Below, in pieces: positions 49,263-60,428 of a DNA stretch of 64,000 nt. Source of the stretch: Amoebophrya sp. A120 (lineage: Eukaryota; Protista; Dinoflagellata); the NCBI GenBank assembly GCA_905178155.1, contig CAJINV010000013.1, positions 1,616,281 through 1,680,280 of the forward strand, in the 5' to 3' direction. Under the pieces are notes generated by a model that made no database searches, was not told the DNA's origin, and saw only the letters and a list, made by a program, of their open reading frames with translations. The stretch's first letter is position 1. The number at the start of each line of letters is the position of its first letter. The position numbers and the translations under genes are program-made.

Positions 49263-52084
49263 CTATATCGGCAACCTTTCCCCGTCTCCCTCGTGGCCTA
49301 TCCAGCCGAATTTGTTTTTGTACTGCACCTTCTTGCGACTCGCCAGGTTTTCGAAGATCGCCTTGTACGGGCTGCAGGTGGACACTTTTTCGAAGTCGTA
49401 CCAGTCAAACCAGCACTGGTGTTCGTCGATCAGTCGTTTTGTCTTCTCCAACTCCTCAAAATGCCCCTCGACGTACTCTAATACCCAGTAGTACAGCTCG
49501 TCGTTAACCTCGTTCTGCGGCCACCGCACGCTGATACGCTTCCAGTTGATTTGGTTGTGAAAAGGCAGGATGAACTTGTCGGACAGGATGAGTGGAATGC
49601 AGCCGGCGAAGAACGCCGTGTACAAATGGTTCGTCCAGCTGCTCGTGCCTTCCGGAATGAGGCAGAAGTGCGACTTGCCGATGATTTCGAAGTAGTTTGG
49701 CGTGAAGTCGCCGATGGACGTGTTGGGCTTGTTCGTGAAGTATTTCTCGATGTCAATCCGGACCTTGACCTGTTTGTAGTAGTCGTGGTTGTTGCCCGTC
49801 CGCCCGTGGAAGCTGAACAGCAGCGTCCGCTCCTTGCTCGGCAGGTTGTATTTGCGGATCTCCGCGATCCGGTACTCGTCCAAGTGCCCGGGCACCACCC
49901 AGTCCTTCCAGGGCGAGAAGCAGCTCGGCCCGTACCCGGGGGTGAAGGCCTCGGTCGTGAGAAAAATCGAGTGCGGGATGTGCTCGCGCCACTCCGGGAA
50001 GGTGTGCGTGAAGTTCACGATGAACCCCTGGTCGGAAAAGACGAAGATGTGGTCCGTGCCCGCGTTATCAAAAGGAAACATCCCCCCACCCCATATCAAA
50101 ACGCAACTTCTGATGCTGGACTTGGATACACAAATCCAATTTGTGTTGCAGTAGAAGACTGCACGCAGATCCTAAGCCTAGGCAGGGGCCTTTTGGTTTA
50201 GGCGCCTAACATGGTAGACGGCTAACCCGTAGGCCTTACAGCATTACAAATCGCCTACATAACGTGGCGGAAAGCCTGAGCGCGCCTCTTTGCAAGACAG
50301 GCCCGATTTGTGGTCACAAATCTGCATCACAAATTTTCAAACGGCTGCGGTTTCAATATGGGGAGGGGGGATTTTTCCTTGCAATACGCATTGCGGTTGA
50401 ACCAGGGCTGCAGGTAGGAACTGATCAAGTTTTTGAACAGAGAATCCGCTTCGTCGTAGTCCCGCGTTTTGTTTTTGTGGTTCAGGATGATGATCGAATG
50501 CGGATCCTGCCTTTCCTCCTCCGCCGCGTTTTCGTACTCGGGCAGGTGCGCTTTCGTCGTTAGGCCCTGTTGCCCGAACTTCTTCGGCGTCAGGTGGTAG
50601 TGGCACGCGCGGTAGTCGGGCACGAAGAACAGGTCGGCGGTCTTGGGGTCGTCGGTCCGACAGCTGCTGTTCATCAAAAACCGGTGCAGCACCACCTCGA
50701 TCCCCCACTGCCCGGCGGAGCAAAACAACCCACCGCGCTCGTACTCGAACGTTTTGTGGATGTAGATCTTTAGGTTCGTGCCGAAGCAGGGGAGGCGCTC
50801 TGATAGCACTTGTGGTCCTCCAGCTGGGGTAATATCATCCTTGCTACTATAGCCCCAGTCGTCATATTTCCCGAGCCCGAGCAAAACCGCGAACGGCGCC
50901 GCGCCGGCGTGGTTTGCGGTAGTAATCGACGCGTGAACCGCACTCATGGCGGACGGCAGTTTCAGGGGGCGCAACACCGGCGCGAGCGGGATGGTCCAGT
51001 TCGCGAGCAGGCGGTGTGGCGCGATCGTTTGCAACAGTTGCACGCTGCCGATGTAGATCTGCTGCGCCGTGGCCAGTCCGTCCTCGAACTCGATCGCGGG
51101 CAGGGCGTTCAGCAAGATGGTCAACGCCCCAAAGATGCAGTCCACGAACCACATGCCCTGGCCGTCTTCCAACTGCAAAAGCTTCTCCGGTGTGGCGATG
51201 GTGCCCCACCCGTGCGGGTGCTTGGACATCAGGTTGTAGAACGTGTAGTGTCGCTCCAGCATCCGGGGGGTGGAATCCAATAATTCGCGCACGTGGAAGC
51301 TGTCGTGAAAGGCCCGCACGTGGTTCCAGGTGGCCAACGGCAGACTGCCCGGGATGCTGCCGTCGCAACAGGAATTAAAGTCCTCGCAGCAGAGCGAACG
51401 GTTCTGCTTGCGGTGCATATCCAGCAAGGTTTCTATGTCTTTCTGCATGTGCTCGGGCACCTGCTTCAACGGGTTGCTTGGATACAGCAGCTCCGATTTC
51501 ACCTTGCTCTCGGCCTCGGGGGTACTGGCGGTCGCTCGAGTTGTAGTACTATGGGTGGCTGATGCTGCTTTGATGCTGCCATCTGCTATTACTTGTACTC
51601 CAGCTGCACTGGATTCTGTCCTTCTCTCCGCTGGCAAAAACGCGTCCGGCAACTTCGGCGGTACGTAGACACTCCGACTCTCTAAAACGACTGGAGACTG
51701 GTGTTCTCCTTGATGCGATGAAGAGATAGATCCTGATGTTGACTCCGAAGGAGACCCAGCGACACCCTCCGCCCCGCCCTCAGTTCTCCCGGCGGGCACG
51801 AGCTGCACGGTTTTTCCCAGTTCCAGCCTCCCCTCGCTGTACTGGTTGCGCTGGATGTCGTACGCTTCTTGCTGCGTAGCCAGGTACTGGTCCGGGTTTT
51901 CTATCTTCTCCAGGTTCCACCCGTCCTCATCGTTTTTCACCTCGTAGCATTTCCTCAGGTATCCCATTGAGGGTTTGGTGGTGAAATCCGCTGCAAACTC
52001 GACGCGAACAGCACTGACGAGCGAAGAAGCAGGAAACAGTAGAAAAGACGAAAGCGCTGCTGTTGATATTATTGCCATGACCAT
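49263..52084 (-). CDS. Exostosin-family (GT47) glycosyltransferase, 2 exons (frame open upstream to 52543)
   Basis: LKIYIH, EVVLHRFL, RTDDPKTADLFFVP, PWFNRNA|GTDHIFVF, SHFCLIPEG, AFFAGCIPLILSD. Confidence 0.9.
50066..50386. mobile_element. Introner family A, TSD CGCGT/CGCAT
   Basis: Family A TIRs. Removal restores the GT47 motif PWFNRNAGTDHIFV. Confidence 0.92.
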
Positions 52085-53306
52085 CACGACGCTGAGGCTC
52101 TTCAACACGGCGGTCGCTGCTGTTCCGGAGAGAAGCACACGGAAGGTGAAGTCCTTTTGAGTGCGCTCACAGGACCTCTTCGCGATCGAAGGTTCGTGCG
52201 CCACAATCGCTCTATTTTCGCTCCTGTTGCACAGTGACGGATGCCGGGAGAGCGTAGTTCTTCCTATCCTCCTTGAGCGGCTTCTGAAAAGTCTTCCGCA
52301 TGCTGTTTTCCCCTTCTCAGAAGTAGTTTCGACTGCGGTGAATAAACCAGGCTCATCGTGGTCCGGGAATGACGCTCGTCTGCGCTTGCGATTGCAGGCC
52401 AAGGCCTTTGTTTGCGAAACCGATGGCACGATTTTTCTCCGCAGAAACCGGCTGAGCACGCAAACAATGTGACCCATCGAAGAACGGTGTTGAAGCTCCA
52501 TCTTGTTCTGCACAGTAATGCTCTTGAGAAGAAATCGTCGCACTTTCGATCCTCCAAAACTTCAAATTTCAGGTCATGGAAGCTTGATCTATCAAGAGGG
52601 CTCAACCGGAGCACACGACAGGCTAACTGATTCAACGCAGAAAGTTCATGGAGCACGGATCACAAAACGCGCTCCAAGGCTGCGCCGAACGAAAAACGTA
52701 GTGAAAAGAGTGGGCAGAGCAGTGAAAAAAAGCGCCATAAATTCAAGGCATCTTCCTACGGTCTTGCTTGCCATTGACACATTACGCAAACGAACAAATT
52801 TCCTCACCGGATCAGAAACGGTTTGACCTTGACGCATTTTAACGCAAGAAAGACGAAATTTCAAGAAAAACCGGATTCTGTGAGTTACACTTCTAAGCTG
52901 GTTCTTTACTTCTATGTTTACACGCGCCTGCAGCCAGCCTCTGTCAAAAAGCAGACCTGACTGCAGCGCAGCAAATACTTCTGTTGTCTGCGTTTTTATC
53001 AATATGAAAGAAGCAAGTTTGTTTTTCTGGTTCTTTGTGATTTTTCATCACCGCGTGTATTTGAACACCTCGCCTATATCGCAGTGCTTTCCGCCAAATC
53101 CAGGTCGTGAATGTTGCACGTTTGGTCCCAGCTCGAGGTCAGCACTCGGTAGCGGTCAGGTCGGGAACTCAGCGGATCTTTCATCCACGCAACGTTTGTC
53201 GCCCCGAGACTGTGCCCGATCAGGCTCAGCTGTATAGAGAATTTCAGAAGATTTTCGAATCCATGATTCTCGTCATGCTGAACAAGACCCGATTACACAG
53301 TCAGTT

Positions 53307-56300
53307 TCATCTCATGCAGATGAAAGCACTGCAAAGCAAGAATACCATTCCGTCCGAGAAGCCGTCCTGCTTGATTCGGTGCACCTCCAAGCTCATGGCC
53401 TTCGCTGTCTCGGTGTATTTGGCACGCATCCTGGTCCTTACGTCGACGTCGCTCTCGGACTCTAGTCGCTTTCGCTTCTCCAGCACCGTGCGGAGCTTTT
53501 CTTTTCGGATCTGCAAGTCGTTCACCCGAAAGATGCGCACGCTCCCGTCCTCGCAGGCTGTGGACACGTACTTCTTGTCAGGGGACGCCGACACCGAGCG
53601 GACCTAGAAATAAATGCATCACAAGTGACCAATTTCCTGCTGGAATAGAAAAGATGTTGAGACGCAGTATCTATCAAAATACACCCAGTACCCTGCCAAC
53701 GATGCTGGGCGATCCTGCAATTCATGCGACAGTCAGAAACAAAACTTTAGTATAAAGTACGGGCGCAATGTGTCCGAGGAAGGACTCGGCGACGTTGCCC
53801 TGGTAGTCCGACATTCGCAGGTCCCATTTTTTTGCTTTGTTATCACCGCCGGAGGTATGGAGAGATAGCAAAGGTTCTTTTCTAAATGCATATGTACAGC
53901 AGGCACATGATCCTCGGTTCTAATTTTTCTACTCTATATGATGTTCCATGCTGCGCATCATGCGCTACCACTTGTAACTCGTCAAACTGGTACTGCTCAC
54001 GCGCAGCAACATAGCTGGTGAAGACTGTTCACCGCCTGTTCTTCATGCGTCAGACCTTCCCACTTTCTCTCTTGCCATAACACGTCAACAAAGTCCTGTC
54101 GTCTTCCAGCCAGTACAGACCCAGAACCGGCTGTCTATCGTGTGCGTGCAGTAGTTCGATGCCGGTCTGGAGCGTTATCCTATTTGCCAGCGTGCTCGCG
54201 GCGAGCCAGAAACCACGACTTTGGTTGACCCGGGCGTCCCAGAGCCTCACATGCCCGTCCTTGCCCGCAGTGGCAAAAACTGTTGGAGTGGCCTGTAGAT
54301 GTGTTTAGAATCGTTCTTGCGTTGCAGAGCACTTTAACTTCGCCGAGCCGTGCTATACACTCTACTGTAATTTCATCAGATGCATTGGAAAGAAACCTTG
54401 AGCTGGTAACTGGAAAGAATAAACCCTCACAGTAAAGACCTGTGAAAACGCGGTTTTTGTCACTGCCGAGCCCGTGCCGACGTAGGTGACCGGGTCGGTG
54501 TAGCCGATGTGGCAATCCCAGCTCCACACGGCACCCCCCTTCTGCAGGTCCACCACCGAGCAGCGGCCCGTGCTGTCGCCGCACACCGCGAGATTCGGCA
54601 GTACCCGACTCATGTCCACCGTGTGCAGATTCCCGACCGTGTTCGTCATTTTCGAGCTTAACTGCGCTTGCAGCTGCAGCTTCTTGCCCACCCCCGCCGC
54701 TGTGTTCACCGAATACAGGGCCAACGTGCCCTTCTTCGTCTCCGGAAAGTCTGTCGGCAGGGACGGTCCTATGCATTGCAAATATGTCTGGGTCTGGAAG
54801 GATGCAAGGTCTGTCATGCTTGTCTGGCATGACTAAAAGTTTTGTGATGCGTGTCCAAGAAGAGACCCTTTCGCCTGTCACGCAATAACGCAGTTTGTCA
54901 CGCGAAAAATGCAACACAAAGAAGCGCCGATATTTCTCATGCTTGGCTGTCCATTACAGAGCATTCACTACTCTCAACGCAGCATTACAAGTTTCCAGAC
55001 CCAGACATATTTGCAATGCGTAGGCCCCCCAGACAGACAGAGTTTCTCGTCGGCGGACAAACAGAGGTCGTAGCTTGGCATGGCGTTCAGCTCCTGCTCC
55101 ACGGCGACGGGAGCGCCGGCCGGGTTTTTTACCGCGGTGGACCAGAAACGAAGCCCGTCGTGCCCCCCGGAAATGAACGTTTTTCCGACCGCATTTTTCT
55201 CCACGTTCGCAGAGAGCCAGCAACAACTGTCGACGCCGGGATATGGGAAGGGATGAAAGTAGTGCGGCTTGCATTTGCTGTACTGTCTTCCTCCAGCTCA
55301 AGCATGCATCACAAAGTCGCTCTTCTCTACGGCATGCACCACAACAGGGATAGGCGATAAAATATCTTATTGCCAATGCACAGACACAACAGCTACGGCA
55401 GCGGAATCTCTCCCTCCCATACTTTCAGATGCCCTTTCAACTTCAGAACGGGGTCCTGCGTGTCAGGTATTCGGTACCGGTCGGCAAACTTGGCATCGCG
55501 TTTGTGATTGGAAAAATTTGCAACTTTTTACTCTTGGAACCAACAAGTCAATTTGCGTTATTGCACTTTTCGCTACAAGTCAAAAGTACGCTTAAAAACA
55601 AGTTGTGCGAATGTGCAAGGCAAAACGTTGGCTTCCAAAAATTGCACAGAGGTTTTGTTGCTCCCTTGTCATACTGCTCGCACTCGTACTTGTAATCCAC
55701 GGTGTCCAGGCAGGCTAAAAATTCATCGAAGTCCGGAAACCTGTGATTCGTATTCGTGCATCTGACACAAGAAACAGCGGCTGTCAACATGCGTACCTGT
55801 AAAAATCACCTCCTCAAGAACAACCGAGGCAAACAGCAACAATCTTTTCTATACCTGGCTCGGTAGTACTCGTGGCAGCGGGGGTCTTGCGGGTCTTTGA
55901 AGAGGCGCAAGTCGCGTTTGCTCTTCGCCGACATGTGTCTATTCAATGACTTCTCCATCAGCGCAAAGGGGTCCGAGTCCCTATCAAAAGGAAAAATCCC
56001 CCCTCCCCATATCAAAACGATACTTCTGATGCTGGATTTGGATACACAAGCCAAATTTGTCTTGCAGCACAGGACTGCAGGCATATGCCGAGCCTGAGGC
56101 AAGAGGTTTTGACGTAGGTGCCTAGTATGACAAACGTCTATGCTCTAGGCCCAACAGCATCACAAACCGCCTACATAGTGCGGCGGACGCTCTAGAGTTG
56201 CCTTCTTGCAAGACAAAGAGGATTTGTGGTCACAAATCCGCATCACAAATTTTCAGGCGCATGATTTTCCAATATGGGGAGGGGGATTTTTCCTTACGAT

Positions 56301-56415
56301 AGTCTCCGAACAGCGACCGGGTGGTGCTCAGCGAGGGCGAAAGGCCTCCCTGGCCGCCCCGCGTCCCCGCGATTGGGGACTTGTCGAGCGGGAGCTTCTG
56401 CAGGGTCGGCTGCAT
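53307..56415 (-). CDS. WD40-repeat protein (multi-exon; boundaries approximate)
   Basis: TFISGGHDGLRFW, LAVCGDSTGRCSVVDL, SASPDKKYVSTACEDGSVRIF. Exons join across two introners and GT-AG introns. Linkage of the 55500-56415 exons is tentative. Confidence 0.7.
54770..55022. mobile_element. Introner family B (TIR TATGCATTGCAAATATGTCTGGGTCTGGAA), inverted orientation, TSD GGTCC/GGCCC
   Basis: Removal gives LCLSGG|PSLPTDF. The interior is the reverse complement of the 58636 copy. Confidence 0.92.
55982..56301. mobile_element. Introner family A, TSD GTCCC/GTCTC
   Basis: Family A TIRs. Removal gives RSLFGD|SDPFALMEK. Confidence 0.9.
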
Positions 56416-57425
56416 AGTGCTACTCGTCGGTTTTGCACTCGTGGAGCTTTGGGACGGTACGGAGAAGCTAAAGCGCGGAGTGATGTTGATGTCAGAAGCC
56501 AGACATCAAATGGGAAAAACACAAGCAGCGGTCTTGTTTGTGATCATGCTTCACATTATTTTCTGTCTTTACCCAGCAGCAGCACGGACGCGTGTTCATT
56601 CGCATTACCAGACGTCTCTGAAAGACCGTCCTCTGCCCTGCATGCATACAGCATCACAAACAACAATCTGCGGCTGCTCGTCACTCCCTGGATACCGACG
56701 ACGGAGTCAGTCTTTCGGGCATGATAGGTTGAAAGTAGATATCACTCTACAGGAGATGAACTTTTGGAAAAACGAAGCTGTGTCGTGTCTTCCCGGTCAA
56801 AAAGCATGGCGAAGCCAAGATCAAAGTCGTTGGGGTTCTGAATGAGTAATGCTGCACGGCAAATGATAAAATTCCAGTAAACAGAAAGGACGCGGCCTGC
56901 TCGTTCTAGATAAGACAGTTTGATCCTCTTTCTCTCACACACTCGGGCGAAAAAAGAACGTCAGAATTGCAAAATCACTCTGGCGCCGTGCCCTTGTTGC
57001 GCAAGGGCAAGATGCTCCGAAAACAAAAAATAGCAACAGCACTCCCAAGTTTTGCTTTGTTTCTTCTCTGCTACAGAACAACCGTCGCGGACTCCCACCC
57101 GGAAAAACTGCTTGTGCGTGAATCACAGGACGCATTAGCTTCTAATTGCATTTTTCACCAACGGAAAAAGAAAAACATATCCTGCGGTCACATTATCCTC
57201 TTGTCACTCTGCAAAACGACCTAGTTGTATCATGGCGCGTATAGCGCGTCAGACTATGAATGCGCACAAACTTTTCTCAACCATCGCAGAAGTTCGGAAT
57301 ACTATGATACTTGCACTTAGATGAGTGTAGCCACAACTATGATCATGTACACTACTATTACTCACTTAGTTTCCACGAAAAAACGGACCATCACAGTCAT
57401 CCTACAGAAAATGCTTACTCGTGAA

Positions 57426-57526
57426 CTATTTCCAGTGACGAGCAGAATGTGGTGCTAGTGCTACATCATCTTCTTCGTAGTAACTATTCAGAAAACCACC
57501 TCTACTTCTAAAGTCTCTCTCCCCAC

Positions 57527-57563
<37 letters not shown>

Positions 57564-60428
57564 TTCCATTTCCGTGACACCTACATTTGCGTCGTTGTAG
57601 TAAAAGTTGCTAGTGCCTCCTGCGCCTGTTGTCTCGACGTACGCTGTTCCATCCTCGTAGGCAACTCCATCGTACTGCTCGTCAGCTGCTGTCGTTGCGT
57701 ACTGGCCACCATACGCGGCCTGCGTCTCGTCATAAAACTCTTCATCTAAGCCGCCCTCTTCTATCACCACGTCCTCTCCGCCTACATAAACCGCCTCCCC
57801 CTCGGCTTGCTGGACTACTGCCACTGCACCACCAGCTCCGGTGCTACCCCCGAGCCCGACGTTGTGAAAATTACTATCGTATGCGCCCTGCTCCGTCTGC
57901 CGTTGCCGTTCGGCCTCCAGATTGCTTTGCCGCTTTTGCTCCTCCTCTACGCCGTACTGCTTTGCCATTTCAATCAAGTTCGCCAAGTGCTTCTGCGGAC
58001 GCTTCATCGTTTTCCGCTCCCCGCCAATGTGCGAAAACCCGAGCAGGGACGTGAGGTGCACGTTGCTCATCATGTTTTCGAAGTCCTCGCTGACGTGCTT
58101 CCGGTTCAGCCGCATCCACAGGTCCTGCTCCAGTTTGGCCACGTCGCAGGACTCAAACGCAAAGTTCAAAATTTCCAGCTCCCGCAGGTACTCCGCCTGC
58201 CAGTAGCCGCGCACGTCGAAGTCGTCCAGATCGTCGCCCCAGGGGTCCTCCAGCGTCTGTGCGAGGTAAACCAGCCCGAGCCAGAACCAGTACATGACCA
58301 CCAGGCCGAGCGCCTGGTAGGGAAAGTGTTTGTAGGGCGTGTCGATCCCGGTCTTGATCGTGTCGATCAGCGCGGCCTCGTAGGTGGACAGGAAGGTGAC
58401 GATGAAGAGACTGAACACGAGGAAGTGCAAAAACTGGTAGGGCAGTACCGACAGCGCGAAGTTGCTCATCTTGATGGAGTCCGCCTGGATGCGGGCGAGC
58501 CGGCTGTTCAGTGCGGCGGCCTGGGGGGCCGAGATCCAGTTGTTCTTGCGCCCCAGCTCCACCAGCGCCGCCGCGCGGTAAGACAGGTTGTACACCCCGG
58601 ATTCCGCGTAGGGGGTGTTTGTCATGGACCCCAGCTATGCATTGCAGATATGTCTGGGTCTGGAATAAACTTGTGATGCAAGGAAGGGAAGAGCGAGCAC
58701 TCTGTAATGTGCTGCCCAGCACGACAAGTTTTTTCGTGGTTCTGAGTTGCGTACTCCGCATGAGAAACAGCGTTTTTGCATGACAGGCAAGAGAAGCTCT
58801 TCTCGGCCACGCAATACAGATTTCAGAGCCATACCAGACTAGCATGGCAATCAATATCGCAATCTCCCAGACCCAGAAGTATTTGCAGTTGATACCAGCC
58901 GGGCGGGCAGCATGACCAGGTTCTTCAGCTGCTCGTAGTCGTCGTGGTCGATGAAGACGTGGCGCGAGTGAATGAAGGGCAGCAGCGAGTCTTCGCGGAC
59001 GGACTCCGCGCCGAAGTCCGCGAACGTGACCACGAAGGCGGCGGTCATGTAGCCGAACATCTTTCGGCACGCCTCGTACTGCTCCGTGGCGTCCTCCGTG
59101 CTGGTCCACGACGAGGAGAGCACGGCGCAGAAACTCGACGTGACCGCCGTACACTCGTTCCGCAGGTCGTTCAGCGACCAAAACATGTCGAAATAGCGGC
59201 CCACGGTGAAGTTCAGGTAAAAGATGGTGGCGAACCCGGCCACCACCTTGATGGAATCGGAAAAGGATTCGTACTCGTCCGGCAGGTCCACCAGCCCGTT
59301 GTGCAGACAGATGCGGCACACGACGTACATCACGACGTGCACGTAGAGCATCACGTCCTTTAAAATCCGCTGCGACACGGTGTCGAGGTACATGAAAATC
59401 TTCAGCCGCGAGTAGCGCTCCTCGCCCCGGAAGTTGCGGCGGTACTCGGCCCAGAGCCGCCCCCGCTCGGTCATGTCGTCGTGGCCCGGCTCCTTCTATG
59501 CATTGCAAACGTGTCTGGGTCTGGAAACTTATGATGCTAATACATGCGTCACAAACTGATTCCAATACGCGGCCGCGCATGACAAATTTCTGAGCGGCTG
59601 CGTCGTGCGTAACCCGCATGAGAGGTCGCGTTTTTGCATGACAGAGGGTCAGTGCGATTCCACAACATGCATTACAGAGCTCAGGGGCATGCGAGTTCAG
59701 CAATACAAATCTCGCAATCTTCCCGACCCAGACATATTTGCAATGGATACCTTCTCGTCGTCCGAGCCCGCGGCGGCGGCGTGGGGATCCTCGTCCCGCC
59801 GCACCACGTCGGCCATGGCCTGCCGCAACCGCTGGTGCCGCAGAAACTGCACGCGCGCCATGGCGCGCTGCTTCTTCTTGTTCTCCGCCACGACCTCCTT
59901 CCGCAGCTCGGTCCGCACCACGGTGTCCTTTGCGGCCTGCCACAGCTTGCCGGGCGACCGCACCACGCGCGCCACCAGCCCCTGCTCCTTCCGCCGGTTC
60001 AACCGCTTCAGTTCCGCCAGGGGCAGGTTGATGGCTTCGTCCTGGGCGGAGGGTGCCCCGCCCCTGCCCTTCTTGGGACTCGCCGATGATGAAGACCCTG
60101 CCGCGGAGGTGGGTCCACCCCCCCGGGGCGGCCGTGGGATGCGCTGCACATTCGTCGGTACGGTCGTTGTCGTGTTCGGGGTCGCTACAGCTCCAGGAGC
60201 ATTAGCTGCGGGAGCTTGGTCTTGTTCAACGGCTACTTCTCCACTGTTCATCTGTAGTTGGCCGCCGTTTTCTCGTCCAATTGCGGCTCCGTCGCTGCCG
60301 GCTGTGGGATTTGTCGTCGGGAGTAGATTGGAATTTTGCGCCGCCTCAATCTCCACTGCCGGCACCGCCGCTGTATTCGAAACTACGACATCCGCTGTGG
60401 CTGGAGCCGCCCCAGCGACAGCAGCCAT
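57426..60428 (-). CDS. Bestrophin-family anion channel, 3 exons, acidic C-terminal tail
   Basis: FYLNFTVGRYFDMF, LPYQFLHFL, LAQTLEDPWGDDLDDFDV. In-frame joins across two family B introners. Confidence 0.88.
58636..58894. mobile_element. Introner family B, TSD CCAGC/CCAGC
   Basis: Removal gives MLPARL|GSMTNTPY. Confidence 0.92.
59497..59749. mobile_element. Introner family B, TSD CCTTC/CCTTC
   Basis: Removal gives SDDEK|EPGHDDMTER. This copy can also be read as GT-AG using TSD bases. Confidence 0.92.

Noticed and set aside
57527-57563. (TCA)n microsatellite
   Set aside because: It encodes the poly-Asp tract of the bestrophin tail and is not an independent element.
58153-59943. 596-aa alternative-frame ORF across the bestrophin gene
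   Set aside because: It is an Arg/Gly/Ala-rich off-frame read-through. The spliced bestrophin frame explains the region.
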